A DNA stretch of 63,792 nucleotides, the filler included, from Choristocarpus tenellus KU-1152 (lineage: Eukaryota; Protista; Phaeophyceae), in the NCBI GenBank assembly GCA_964200185.2. It is 13 parts of 13 records of this genome, joined end to end, with 100 filler letters (N's around TTAATTAATTAA, not from the genome) between each part and the next. Parts side by side here need not be neighbours in the genome. Positions count along the whole stretch, not along the records: positions 1 to 3,500 come from CAXNAD020019610.1; positions 3,601 to 6,398 come from CAXNAD020024663.1; positions 6,499 to 11,692 come from CAXNAD020011552.1; positions 11,793 to 16,447 come from CAXNAD020013612.1; 9 more parts are not named here. One strand, given 5' to 3'. The notes under the pieces were generated by a model. That model searched no databases, had not been told where the DNA came from, and saw only the letters and a list, made by a program, of their open reading frames with translations. The translations under genes were made by a program, and so were the position numbers. Below are positions 1-11,870 of the stretch, in pieces. Position 1 is the stretch's first letter; the number at the start of each line of letters is the position of its first letter.

Positions 1-27
1 CGTGATTTAGAAATCGGGAGAATTGAT

Positions 28-164
28 CCCAGTCTGAGGGGGGGGGGGGGTTGGCGGCTGTCTGTTTGGGGTCGATTTTTGCATGTCGCGATTTTTGGGT
101 GGCTTCGTTGCATAAGTCGGATGGATAACGTGAGTGCACTTTATCCTGGTTATTGTCCAAATGG
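28..164 (+). mobile_element. MITE family A, truncated copy
   Basis: G-run then ggcggctgtc..tttggggtc..atttttgggtg..ggatggataa..tgcact..ccaaatgg, matching the full copies at 1296, 9259, 18893 and 36318. Confidence 0.75.
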
Positions 165-1112
165 GCAAAGTAATAGTCTGTCCAGTCTTGTCTGTCTTGT
201 CTGTCTTGTCTGTCTGTCCTATCCTGTCCTGTCTGTCTGTCTGACTGGCACAGGTGCCGTGAGTCTTTTGTATTGTTTTTTGTTCAGTGCTTATTGAAAG
301 AGTTGAGAGCGTGTCTCTCCTCCGTTAGGTTTTGAGAAAAAAATGTTTGATACATATATTTTTTTATGTTTGTTTGTCTTTCTGCCCATGAGTCCCGTTT
401 GCGTTGGACTGTTCGTGTGCGATAGATAATAATAATAGCTTTTTGAAGGGGTACGAGAAGAACGTGCGTACTTTTTTTTTTTTTTTGTAAGGCTCATTTT
501 TTTCTTTTTTTAGTGAGTTTGTGTGTGCGTCAACAATACAGTGTTTTAAAGGGGTACGAGATAAATGTGAAAGCAAAAAAAAAAAGTGCAATTTTTTCTT
601 TTTCTTTTCTAGTGTGTGTGTGTGTGTTGATGTTTCTTAAAGTGAAGCGTATAGCCCAGTGAGCCGCTGACTTGTTCAGGAATAATGAGGCTCTTTCAAG
701 TAAGAAGTCGTAGATTGGCAGAGTGGTATAACGCTATGTATTTACCACGAATGGTACAAAGAATTCCACTTATACCGTCCACAGTTTCATTTTTAGTCAT
801 GTTGTAATGCTGACTAAACCTATTTATGTCACTTTTGTTGTGTTTAAGTGTGTGTGTGTGTGTGTAGGGGGTTATCCAAGGATGGTTACAAGTGTCCACA
901 CAGCTTTGCCTCTTGTAATCAGTAAAGGCTGTTTACTCTGGAGTACATATAAATCTAAACATATGTATGTATGTATAATTATTTTAAAAATATGTTTATG
1001 TATTTTTTTAATACTGTTACGGTGTATGAGGCTACTCGCGTGAAGGATTCACCTTCTTAAACCACCTATTTTGAGATAAGGGGTGGGGGAGGGGATGCAG
1101 GGGGNNTATTTG

Positions 1113-1161
<49 letters not shown>

Positions 1162-1295
1162 AGAAGCGTGTCGGTAACTGATTTGGTACAACTATAGCGA
1201 TGATTGAAGCTTTTATGGTGGGCAAGCAATCCTTTCTTTGGAAGAGAGGATGCAGGTCAAAACACTCTGTGATGGTAGGTTAGCCTCGAGGTGTT

Positions 1296-1470
1296 GACCC
1301 AAATTATCTGGGGGGGGGGTCTACACCAGGGTGTCCATTTGGGCCATAATCAGGAAAAGTGCAGTTACATTATCCATCCGACATATGCAACCAAATCACA
1401 CAAAAATTGCGACATGAAAAACATTGACCGGAAATGGACAGCCGCCATCCCCCCCCAGATACTATGAAAC
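1296..1470 (-). mobile_element. MITE family A, full copy (175 bp)
   Basis: TIR-like ends gacccaaattatctggggg / cccccagatactatgaaac; 3-bp TSD GTT on both sides. Confidence 0.85.
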
Positions 1471-2413
1471 GTTATGTGATCGGGTCTACGGTTCAGTGCA
1501 TGTATGAAAGACTTAGCCTTAGAAGGCGTTTAGAAAGGCGTTCATGTGTGACGATTTCGGAAGTAAAAAAGGGAGTAAAGAACTGTGGTATGGAATGTAC
1601 TCTCCATACACAAGAGATGTGTAGGGGACAGGGGTTGATGGGACGGGACGGATGGGTAGGGGGAATTCTAGAAGACACAAACCGACCACATATGGACGAA
1701 CTTGTTGATCGAACAAGTTAAATGTGAACAAAGAGAAACAAACGGCTGCTTGTACATCGGTTCGCTGTTTATTTATTTATTGATTGGCATGTAAGTTTTT
1801 TTACCTTTGACAAAAAATAAAAATAAAGATAAATGATTCTGCCGTTTGAAACGGAAACGATAAAGCTAGCTTTTGGTAGCGGTTGAGATTGTAGATTCTA
1901 TATCGCTAATATTTCTGTGGTTAGAATGTTTGCTTCTTGCAAGGTGTGCGAACGATGATATTTAAATTATTAAAAAGGAAAAAAAAATAGAACAGTAATT
2001 TAGTGATCGAAATATGCAGTGGTTAAGTGTGTGTGCTTAAATTAGATTTAAGGGTATGTTCTTGCAACTCTTAAGTGTGCATGGAGTATGTAAGCGTTTC
2101 GTCTTGAAGGGTCCTGAGTTGAATCGATCCGTCCGCCGCACGATGAATGCGATTGGAGAAGAATTTTGAAGGGGGAGTTTCTGATTGGTGGGGTTGCTTT
2201 CCTAGTAGTGGCACGCGACTTCACGTGGAGCGTACTGGTCTTTTTTCTTTCTTTCTTAAAAAAAAAAGATCTAGTTTCTATTTTGTTTTTTTATTTTGGT
2301 TTCTCTTTTGTTTTTTATTCTAGTTTATAGTTCATTTTTTTAAGCTAGTTTCTATTTTGTTTTGGTCTAGTTTATTTTTTATTTTAATGTATTTTTATTT
2401 TAATATATTTTCT

Positions 2414-2585
2414 ATTATTATTATTATTATTATTATTATTTCAATCCAGAACACTATCATCATGCGTGTTGTGTCCGCAGATGGCAAGGCGTTGAGGAGG
2501 ACGATGGAGGAGTCTGCCTGCAGGACACAGCAGCAGCAGGTGAGCATGAGGATGATTGACATCATCATCATCATCATCATTACTT

Positions 2586-2647
<62 letters not shown>

Positions 2648-2775
2648 GTTATTATTATTGTTATCATTAGTATTATTATTATTGCTAATATTATTATTAT
2701 TATTGTTATTATTATTTTTTTGTTGTTGTGTTTATTTATTTATTGTGGTATAGTATAGTATAGTATAGTATAGTT
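2414..2775. repeat. Compound microsatellite region (ATT)n, (ATC)n, (ACT)n, (TATAG)n
   Basis: Directly visible simple repeats flanking a short purine-rich island. Confidence 0.9.
2481..2539 (+). CDS. Possible isolated internal exon of an unknown gene (xGKALRRTMEESACRTQQQQ)
   Basis: GC-rich island bounded by tccgcag| acceptor and cag|gtgagc donor within AT-rich microsatellites; no homology recognised. Confidence 0.3.
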
Positions 2776-2904
2776 ATTTGATTTATTTTGCTAAAAGAGT
2801 GTTAGTTATCCTCAAAGAGAGGGTGTTGTGTGGAAAGTATGCACATACAGTGTGTGTTGGAAGACTGACGGATCGTAAGATGCGATATTTTTTGAAATAA
2901 GTTT

Positions 2905-3105
2905 AAGGGTTATGGCAGGGATGTGTGCTATTTTAATAGAGTACAGTAGGGTCAAGGGTTATGGCAAGGGTGTGTGCTTTTTAAATTCAGTACAGTAGGG
3001 TTAGGGTTATGGCAAGGGTGTATGCTATTAAATTCAGAACAGTAGGGTTAGGGCTATGGCAAGGGTGTGTGCTATTTAATTCAGAACAGTAGGGTTAGGG
3101 TTATG
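2905..3105. repeat. Tandem minisatellite, about 48-bp unit x4, with an embedded TAGGGTTAGGG-like motif
   Basis: aggg(t/c)tatg recurs at about 2906, 2955, 3003, 3050 and 3097. Confidence 0.9.
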
Positions 3106-3500
3106 AATGTGTCGTGCTTCCTAGGAGAAGTTGTTTCAGCACACCTTTTTTTGGTACACATATATGAAATATATATATATATACTATATTTTTTGTACAT
3201 TTCCCACACTAAAAATGAGTAACATATTGGAGTAATGATGCCCTTGAGAGTCATCCTAATATAAAATTCACCATCATCCTATAGTCACAATGCTCATGTT
3301 TTTAAGGTTCTACCCGGGAAATAGAGGGGTGATGGCACCAGGTATGTCAGTGGGAGCAACATCAACAGATACATGTTGGGTCATCCAATGCTGGTGTTGG
3401 AAAACCCTCTGACTCTGAGGTACATACTCCTTTTTCATGAAACAGCAGTGACCATTGTGGTAGGGGGTTATATATATGACAGGGGTAGAATTATTAACAG

Positions 3501-3600
3501 NNNNNNNNNNNNNNNNNNNNNNNNNNNNNNNNNNNNNNNNNNNNTTAATTAATTAANNNNNNNNNNNNNNNNNNNNNNNNNNNNNNNNNNNNNNNNNNNN
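3501..3600. other. Artificial contig-joining spacer (44 N + TTAATTAATTAA + 44 N). Identical spacers at 6399-6498, 11693-11792, 16448-16547, 20658-20757, 24447-24546, 30764-30863, 35614-35713, 42715-42814, 52899-52998, 55592-55691 and 59915-60014
   Basis: Twelve identical 100-nt blocks, each with a palindromic linker giving stops in all six frames. Confidence 0.98.
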
Positions 3601-3638
3601 CCCCCCCCCCCCCCCCTTCCCTAAGTCGCAACGCTGAA

Positions 3639-3839
3639 TCACATGGCACCAATAAATGTCTCTGCCTCGAGCTGTGCCTCCACTTTCTGGGCTAGGTAAC
3701 TATCAACTGCACTTGCTGCCCCTCTGCCCTCATTGATGGCCCACACCACCAAAGACTGACCCCTCCGGCAATCCCCTGCAGAAAACACTCCTTCCACGTT
3801 TGTACGATAGTCTCCATAGGCAGCATGGATGTTTTCACG
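3639..3839 (-). CDS. GLT1: NADH-dependent glutamate synthase (GltD-like C-terminal domain), last exon
   Basis: [46 protein letters not shown] is the conserved GOGAT C-terminal motif; cag| acceptor, TGA stop, phase 0. Confidence 0.93.
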   Translation of the reverse strand, partial: RENIHAAYGDYRTNVEGVFSAGDCRRGQSLVVWAINEGRGAASAVDSYLAQKVEAQLEAETFIGAM

Positions 3840-4982
3840 CTGAAGAGGGATAAATCCAGCCAAGGATCAGGGTGAGCACAGAGCAGAATGTTGTAGATGG
3901 GTTCAGGTGGCCAAGGGGGGGAAACAACCATATTGACATGGGGAGAGAGCATCACTATATATGGAAGCACTTTCACTATCTGCTGAATAATCTGTAACTT
4001 TTCACATGTTCACTGTGTCGGAATCCAGAGAGTCTGCAGACCAGTATGACGCTAGCACTTATCCCCAACAGCTTGAGTAATTCAATATATATATATATAT
4101 GTATGCATCATCAACAGCTGTTTTGTTAGTCGTGGCATACCACCAAATTAATTGAAACTCCATTGAAGATACTGGGAGAGAGGAGGGGGACGGTGGTAAA
4201 AGGATGGAAGGTGGGAATATACAAAATGGGTAAGAATGGGAGAGGGGAACACAGTGACATTAATCATCGTGATTCAATTGAGCCAAATACTTCAATCAAA
4301 GAATGAATGAGATTGACATCAAAATCCTTCTATTTTTCCAGGATGTGTGTGGGGGCTGTTGAAGACTTCACAGTGAACTTTCCTACAGGCCATAACAATT
4401 CCTCACCACCTCACAAACTGCATCCACATCAAGCACATAGAAATTATTTGAGCCAACCTGTGTAACGTACAATCATGGATCTCTTTAATTCACTACAATG
4501 TATTGAATGTGATTAGATTAGATGCCTCACATCAATCAACCTTCCAAAACAGATCTACTGCTTTTGTGGCATGTTTACATCAGAAAACAAAAAAACCCCT
4601 TCTGTACACCTACTTCAAATTCGAATTACATCCACAACGCCTACCATGGCAAAAAAGACATGCCGAAAAAAATAGTGAGTTACACACATGGATGCCTCAG
4701 GAGTGATCATCAACACCATCACCGTACACCATTCTTAACAGTACACACCATGCCACAGAAACATTCTTAACAGTACAATCTTTTCAAAAATGCATTTCCA
4801 TACTGTACTCTGGCACTGCAATCAGGAAAACAACACCAAACACCTCTGCACATCCCAAAACGATGCTCTTTCCTACAGCGGTGAAAGGATAACACAGCAA
4901 CAACGGCAACACTTTCAAAACCTTTTTTTACAGATGCCGTTGATGAGCAAGCAGTGCTAAAATGGGAGGCTATCGGTCACAC

Positions 4983-5093
4983 CTGGTCAAGATCAAGCTT
5001 CAGCGCCTTCGAAATCGCGGTCTCCGGACTCACAAAGCCCATTGCCAGTACCACCAGCTGTGCAGGCCATTCCTTTTCCGTACCAGGGATTTG
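4983..5093 (-). CDS. GLT1: NADH-dependent glutamate synthase, penultimate exon
   Basis: [24 protein letters not shown]... (LVLLAMGF motif); ag/gt boundaries, 111 nt, phase 0 at both ends. Confidence 0.92.
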
Positions 5094-5490
5094 CTGGAAG
5101 GTGAACAGAGGATGGCACATAAGAGGAAAGGTCACACAGGGTCTTATTTGGCAGGCAGCAAACGCAAGAATTCTGTGCATGGTGACCAAAAAAAAAAATG
5201 AAGTAAGCCATGCGATTGCCCAATCAACCACAGCCAGACACATCAACAAGACCTGTACTGCACTTGGGTCCAATTCAAAAAGAAAAAAAAAAATCAGAAA
5301 ACCAACAACCTACCATATCTCAGAAGACCAGCAAAATGCACACTACCTACTACACAACCCGTCCTCAACAACAGACGCTTCCCCCCACTCCAAAAGCACC
5401 CCCTGCAGCCCATTCAACAACGGAGGAGTGGACGTGGCTTCAAACCACACGACGTCCAATGTGCGAGATCTTCCAGAAAGCAATGCTCAC

Positions 5491-5619
5491 CTTGATACCC
5501 TCTGGGGTAACTTCAACATTGGTCGTAACTAGGCCAGTCACGTTCCCATCGCTATCCCCCGTGAACTTGGTCGTCATCACAGAGTACTCCCGGGGGTCCT
5601 TCCCAAACACTGCTCGAAC
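5491..5619 (-). CDS. GLT1: NADH-dependent glutamate synthase, antepenultimate exon (upstream exons lie beyond the contig end)
   Basis: [30 protein letters not shown] (FGKDPR motif); cag| acceptor and aag|gtgagc donor, 129 nt, phase 0. Confidence 0.92.
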
Positions 5620-6888
5620 CTGCACCCAAGGAAAAAAAAAGAAAAAAGAGGAGATGGAAATGTTATATTTCTCATTCATTTCCGCATAATCGGGAACTAT
5701 TTTCAAAAATCATCGTAAGTCAAATATTCCACTACGAGTAAAACAGCAGCACAATCGATTGAAGAACAAAAAAAAGACAAGGCAAGTGTTACGCCTCGTT
5801 CATTTGCAGCGTAATCAGAACTATTTTTTTTTTTAATTAAAAAAAAATCGTAGTCGAATCTCCTACTGCGATTAACGCAGTACGTTTGTTATAAGAACAA
5901 TAAAAAATAGACGCAAGCGGCCAGAAAATTCTAGTCAAGTTCTCCCCCCCCCAAAAAAAACATAAATCTTTGAAGGAGAACAAAAACAGATGGAGAGGGA
6001 GAGAGCAGTTTAAGCGTGCAGCACATCACAGGAGACATCACAGTGTTCGTCTCTCTTCTTGCAATGGTTTTCACAACGACAAGACCAGCATTTTTAATTT
6101 ACATATTTTGAAAAAATTGACAATAACCAACAGGATAGAATGGCTGAAACAATAGTTACAACTATTTTACGAGACTTAGCGTACACCCTCAGAGCGCCAA
6201 TCCCCTGGCAATGTGCATATTTACTGCTGAAGCCCACAATGCACACCCTTTTGGAAGCCACCAGCCAAAGCCCTCCCCCCCTGCAGTCCCAAACCTAACG
6301 CATCACTCGGACAAAAAAAAAAAAAATAATAAAATAGTACCCACTAACCAGACACAGGCTGACAACATTCTCATTACAAATAAAAAAAAAAAAAAAAANN
6401 NNNNNNNNNNNNNNNNNNNNNNNNNNNNNNNNNNNNNNNNNNTTAATTAATTAANNNNNNNNNNNNNNNNNNNNNNNNNNNNNNNNNNNNNNNNNNNNGG
6501 TGTAGACCCACCCCCCCCACCCACCCCAGATACTTTGGGTCATGACTACCGCAAATTCTTTAAAGCAGAAAAAAAAACTAGTAGGTATCTTCCACACAAC
6601 AAGAGCGGAAACTTAGTGAAACTTGAGCGAAGTGCTTAAAAAATAGGGGGGGGGGAGAGAAACAGGCGTTTTCAAACCTAACAGTGCGATCGACACTTGA
6701 ACAGCTCTTGGTGCAGCAACGTAAGACTGTAGGCAGTTATTGTTCAGACTGGTTTGGCCACCGATAATGTTCATGCTGCACTCCATTCGTCATAGTATTA
6801 AGCACGCCAAAACCAGAGTCCCAACATAGAGTGTTTGTCCTAGCCTGTTGCAGTGGGACACTTGTAATGACTACTGAAGTAATACTCT

Positions 6889-7144
6889 GAGTGAAAGTAT
6901 CTTAGGGTTAGGGTACGAGTTTTGCCCTGTTTGTCCGTTTGAGGCTTGGCTTCCCATGGGGTTTTTTATGACATTTTCCTACTCCAAGATATTTCGGAGT
7001 AGGTAAAATGTATACGTTATGAAGAGGTGTCCAGAACAAGGATAATGACACTTCCTAACAAACGCGATGTCCAAAATTAAAATTGCAACATTGCATTGTG
7101 ACCTCCAAATGGACACGTCTCTACCCTCTAAGATACTTTGACTC
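6889..7144 (+). mobile_element. MITE family B, full copy with a TTAGGG patch in the left TIR
   Basis: Ends gagtgaaagtatctt... / ...taccctctaagatactttgactc; body matches the other B copies. Confidence 0.87.
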
Positions 7145-7309
7145 TATGTCCCTCAATCAACCCTTTGCAGAAACAAGAGGGTTTGGTCTAACAAGGCCAG
7201 GGCGATCGCAGCTTCCTTGGCATTCAAAAACGCGCCTCTTCGTTCTGATACAACTGGGAGGTAAGGGCAAGCAGGACCAGCATGGTGATGGGGGGGCGGA
7301 GGTACTAGA

Positions 7310-7579
7310 GGGTGAAAGTATCTTAGAGGGGAAGCGTTTTGCCCTGTTTGTCCGCTTGGGGCTTGGTTTCCCACAGTTTTTTTTTTTTATGACATTTTAC
7401 CTACTCCGAAATGTTTCAGAGTTGGTCAAATGCGTACGTTATGAAAAGGTGTGTCGGGAACAAGGACAGATATTGACGCTTCCTAACAAGCACGATATAG
7501 CCAAAAATACATCAAAATCGCAACAATGGATTTTGGCCCCCAAACGGACACGGCCCTACCCTCTAAGATACTTCGAATC
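7310..7579 (+). mobile_element. MITE family B, full copy
   Basis: TIRs gggtgaaagtatcttagaggg / ccctctaagatacttcgaatc; TSD AGA on both sides. Confidence 0.87.
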
Positions 7580-7770
7580 AGATGCAGTGTTGACGTGGGC
7601 AGGCAAAGGGTAATTTCGCTACACAGGAGGCACAAGAAAGCAAAGGTGTGTGTTTCCAACCGTGCTCTGTGCAAGGCCATTATTTGTTTGTAGGTTGAAG
7701 TCCCTTTTTGTGATACTTCTGTGTTGTGCAAGAGCATACCTAGCCTGGCATGTTGTTTGGTGGTACTAGT

Positions 7771-8030
7771 GAGTGAAAGTATCTTAGAGGGTACGAGTTT
7801 TGCCCTGTTTGTCCATTTCGGGCTTGGATTCCATTGGGTTCTTTTATGACATTTTCCTACTCCAAAATGTTTCGGAGTGGGTAAAGTGTATACGTTATGA
7901 AAAGTTGTGTCCGGAACAAGGATACTGACGCTTCCTAACAAACACAATAGCCAAAATGACATGAAAATCGCAATATTGGATTTTGGCCCCAAATGGACAC
8001 GGCCCTACCCTCTAAGACACTTTTGCTCTC
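7771..8030 (+). mobile_element. MITE family B, full copy
   Basis: TIRs gagtgaaagtatcttagagggta / taccctctaagacacttttgctc. Confidence 0.85.
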
Positions 8031-9258
8031 ATGCGGAAGAAGAGAGATGCAGCACGGAAATTGAAGGAAGCTTGTATCAATACTTAGTTGGAGGATGATA
8101 CTCTCGAACCTTATACACCAACAGAATGGGGGTCACTCTAAATATTTTAGACCCACAGAAGGGAACCACGATATCGAAACTGTAAATAAACACGCTCAAA
8201 GCACACCTCACCTCCCCCCCCCCCCCCACCTTTTTTCTTTCATATATTTTTTTTTTTTTTTCTCTGAAATNNNNNNNNNNCCCCCTTCTTTCATATGGGA
8301 ATTCATTAGTTGTTTCCGAAAGCAGTGCAGCTGAGGCGGTATTGGCTATATATGTCCCTTTTGTCACTTTCATTTCTAAAGGGGAGCTGGAAAGATAGAG
8401 CACTGAGAGCATAGAAGTAAAGCTGGAAGGAGGAAGTGAGCACCTTCCTAGGCCATGCCATAGCTGTAAATCAATCGTCTCTGGTCGTGTTCAGCTTTTA
8501 TAGAGATCCGCACTTCCAACAACAAACCCTTCGACAGCCCTAGCGAGAGCTCGCTTGCCTTTACCTAACATTTGAATCATGAACGAAACAAAAATGAGCT
8601 CAAAAATCACCACTTACTCAAGTACTTTTTTCTTTTTTTTCTTGTGAGTGACCGCAAAAAAAGTCCTGAATCGGTGGACCGTCAGTCATGAAACAGTGCC
8701 AAAGGCGCCGAAATATCGAAAAATATCGAAAAATATCGAAAACACTCTCACTCCGCACAAGAGGAAAATGTTCTTACTGCTTCATACTTGCCAGACAGGC
8801 AGAATCTACAGAAACGTAGATTCTGTTTGGGCGGTCAAATAACAGATGTGCTCCGCACTAGAAAAACTCTCAGCATGTGCAGAAAGTAGACCTAGAGTTC
8901 TACGGTATAGGGGCTGCAGGATTTGTGTCGTTAATACCATAGACACCTGTCAAGGGCAGGCAGGTCTGACATAGATTATTTTGTCCACTGCAACATACGA
9001 TATTGAGAGGAAGAAAGAGGAAGAAAGTCGAACTGCTGTGGTTGGAGAACAAACAGGGTCTACACCTGTAAGGGACCCTCTTCAATGCACACAAACTAAG
9101 AAATGCATCACACAAATAAAGAGGCAAACGTTAAGTGCTACATATCACAACGTCTTCCACGGATTCAGTGAATTTTGACTTGTGAAGAGTGGCAGGAGCA
9201 ACTGACTCCCCAGCTGGAAGCGTCTGTCCCTCCTCCTGTTCCTAACCACCTCATACCA

Positions 9259-9437
9259 GGGCCAAAGAAAGTACCTAGGGGGGGCAGCTGTCCATTTGGG
9301 GTTGAGTTTTTCATGTCGCGATTTTTGGGTGATTTGGTTGCGCACGTTGATGGATAATGATAATGTAAGTGCACTTTTCCTGGTTTTGGCTCAGATGGAC
9401 ACCCTGGTGTAGACCCCCCACCGAGATACTTTGGGTC
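9259..9437 (+). mobile_element. MITE family A, full copy
   Basis: Family A body; right end gagatactttgggtc; flanked by direct repeat ACCA. Confidence 0.83.
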
Positions 9438-9492
9438 ACCACTGTACGCATTGGTCTCCGTTCCTGCGCATCTTTCCTGCCTCCTTATTCAG

Positions 9493-9561
9493 GACTGGAT
9501 TGGCACTCCACAGGGACAACACCCTCACCCTAGCAGAAAAGTGGATCCTGCCCAACTTCTT
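9493..9561 (+). CDS. Putative exon of an uncharacterised multi-exon gene (TGLALHRDNTLTLAEKWILPNF)
   Basis: Polypyrimidine tract + cag acceptor, gtgagt donor; phase-2 end joins in frame to exon 10083. Confidence 0.5.
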
Positions 9562-10082
9562 GTGAGTAACTGTTCATTGCAATAAGACTTCTGACATCGA
9601 TGCATAGTAGCAATAGGGGCGACAGGACAAACCATTTGGCCCCATCAGGGGCAAGCTGTTTGCCGTTGTCTGATAAGATGTATATACATATATTGTTGTC
9701 ATTATTATTATTATCATTCTCATCATTGTTGTTGTCATTATCGCCATTATTAATATCATTGTCATCATTACTATTATCACTAAGATGTATATAATTGTTC
9801 CCATTTTTATCATTATTGTTATCATCGTCATCATCGTCACCATCGTCACTGTTGTTATTATATTTGTTATTTATTATTTACTATTTTCGCGCATCTTAGA
9901 AAAAATCCAAGTGCTGTTTTTCCACGAACAATTAATTCCAAGAACGAGAAGCAAATGCAAACGGCTCTACGATCGGACAAATCGGTGCAGTGCTTCCATT
10001 TTTCCAGAAAAAATCCTACAGGTACTGTTGCGCCCGGTGCCCATAGAACCCGCACTTCTCCACATACGCCACTCGGTCGCAG

Positions 10083-10209
10083 GTTCAATCCGCTGGAGAT
10101 CGAAAGGATCATGAAGACACCCTTCCACTTTCTGGAACGCCGTGCAGTGGCAGTTCGCAAGCTTCTCAGGAAATATCATGACCACCACGATGAAACGGAA
10201 ACAAAGGGG
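10083..10209 (+). CDS. Putative exon of the same uncharacterised gene (FNPLEIERIMKTPFHFLERRAVAVRKLLRKYHDHHDETETKG)
   Basis: cag| acceptor, |gtgaga donor, protein-like composition; phases compatible with both neighbouring exons. Confidence 0.55.
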
Positions 10210-10486
10210 GTGAGAGACGAGGTGGACAAAGCGCCTTTTCAGTACATACTTGAATTCAGGTGCCTGGCTGAAGGTGCATGCATGCTCAAAGTAGATCGAT
10301 ATGCTCTCGAGCACTATGAAGCAGTGGCTTCTCAGTATTGGTCGCCTTCATAGATGAGGTGAGGCAGTGAAGAGGTGAGTTGGTCCTCGGGCCCGTACAG
10401 GCCGAGAGACCATATCTACTCGTCCACCCTCCAAGTTTTCTTGACACAGTATCCCCTCAGTCTGCACGTTGCTCCCCCCCTCCCCC

Positions 10487-10534
<48 letters not shown>

Positions 10535-10564
10535 CTCTACCTACTATACCTACTGTTTACATGG

Positions 10565-10838
10565 CAACCAAAAGCATTTAAGAGGGTAGGAGTTTTGCCC
10601 TGTTTGTCCGTTTGGGGCTTGGCTGGCTTCCCATGGGTTTTTTATGCCATTTTTTCGGTTTTCTGTGCGAACATAGTTACCCTAACCCTAAAATGTATAC
10701 AACTACAAAAAGGTATGTCCGGAACAAGGATATTGACATTTGCTAACAAACACGACAGCCAAAATTACGTCAAAATCACAAGAATGGATTGATGACCCCC
10801 GAACGGACGCGGCCATACCTTCCTAAATGCTTTGGGTC
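10565..10838 (+). mobile_element. MITE family B, diverged copy with its internal hairpin replaced by a CCCTAA-containing patch
   Basis: Family B body (agagggta..gagttttgccctgtttgtccgtttggggctt..ggaacaaggatattgac); possible TSD TGG. Confidence 0.8.
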
Positions 10839-11127
10839 TGGCATCACTATCAATAGAGCACAGTGTTCATGACAAGCATACTCGTAATAATTGAAACAAC
10901 ACCAATGATAAAAATCGAGAAGATATTTTATGCCTGAAGGTTCAGAAGAAGAATACACCGATAGAAACAGTCCAAGCACTGAATTGAGTTAAATTATACT
11001 CTGAAGTAGGATGAAACCGTACATTAGCATCCACTAAGGTACGCTGTCAACCTTTCTTTCCATCACATTATAACTTGAGAATACCCACAACTCAGTTGAT
11101 CCCTTTACCTGTTGGTGCCTTGCCCAG

Positions 11128-11294
11128 GGTGACAATGAAGGGATGCGCCATGGGGAAGCCTGGATGTTTGATATAGGCGCTGGTGTACGTGCCAAGGCTC
11201 CCAGTACCCGATCAGTGGAGGAAAGGGAGTGGGTAACTGTCGACAAGGTGCTTTACCCAAAGTACTGGAGAACAAAACAAAAGAAAGAGGAGCG
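11128..11294 (+). CDS. Putative exon of the same uncharacterised gene (GDNEGMRHGEAWMFDIGAGVRAKAPSTRSVEEREWVTVDKVLYPKYW...)
   Basis: cccag| acceptor in phase 0 matches the upstream donor; open frame to cg|gtgaga (alternative donor at 11247). Confidence 0.5.
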
Positions 11295-11340
11295 GTGAGA
11301 GAAAAATATATATATCTTGCTGAGTGCGATTTTTTTTGTC

Positions 11341-11396
<56 letters not shown>

Positions 11397-11792
11397 GCGT
11401 ATCACTCTTTACAGTTGTGCAAGTGTGTACATTATATTGAGCCCCTCAACTCGGTTCTGCTAATTTAACCCTGACCCTAAGGGTGCAGCACACATGCGGT
11501 ATTTCCTGTAGTAATTACTCAAGGTGGAGCGTGCACAGAAAGGGTCACATTTTTGCTACAGATTTTTTTTCAGGCAGGGTCGAACCTAAGGAAACAAGAA
11601 TCCATCCAAGAGTGGTGATAAAAACAGTTACAATGCAAATAAGTAAAATGTTGATATTCAATAGGATTCTAGGATTTAAGGTATCTGGGGGGNNNNNNNN
11701 NNNNNNNNNNNNNNNNNNNNNNNNNNNNNNNNNNNNTTAATTAATTAANNNNNNNNNNNNNNNNNNNNNNNNNNNNNNNNNNNNNNNNNNNN

Positions 11793-11870
11793 CATAAAAA
11801 AACCCAAGGGAAGCCAAGCTCCAAATGGACAAACAGGGCAAAACTCGTACTCTCTAAGATACTTTCACTC
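11793..11870 (-). mobile_element. MITE family B end, abutting (probably inserted in) the Gypsy pol relic
   Basis: ...aaactcgtactctctaagatactttcactc followed directly by RT coding sequence IEKQGIVKPS. Confidence 0.75.

Noticed and set aside
1114-1160. Long poly-G/C runs (also 33100, 53440, 55730) as functional G-quadruplex elements or poly-Pro/Gly proteins
   Set aside because: Homopolymer lengths are unreliable and often sit beside Ns or contig ends; many contig breaks fall at G-runs or MITE copies
2357-2758. Poly-I/T/L/V ORFs
   Set aside because: Translations of trinucleotide microsatellites
3545-3556. Recurrent TTAATTAATTAA palindrome as a biological motif
   Set aside because: Always centred in identical 100-nt N blocks; it is an assembly linker
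4954-5689. Plus-strand ORFs of 192 and 159 aa
   Set aside because: Antisense shadows of glutamate synthase exons and introns
7083-8098. ORFs of 170-176 aa over the MITE cluster
   Set aside because: Chance read-through of non-coding MITE copies; no protein motifs
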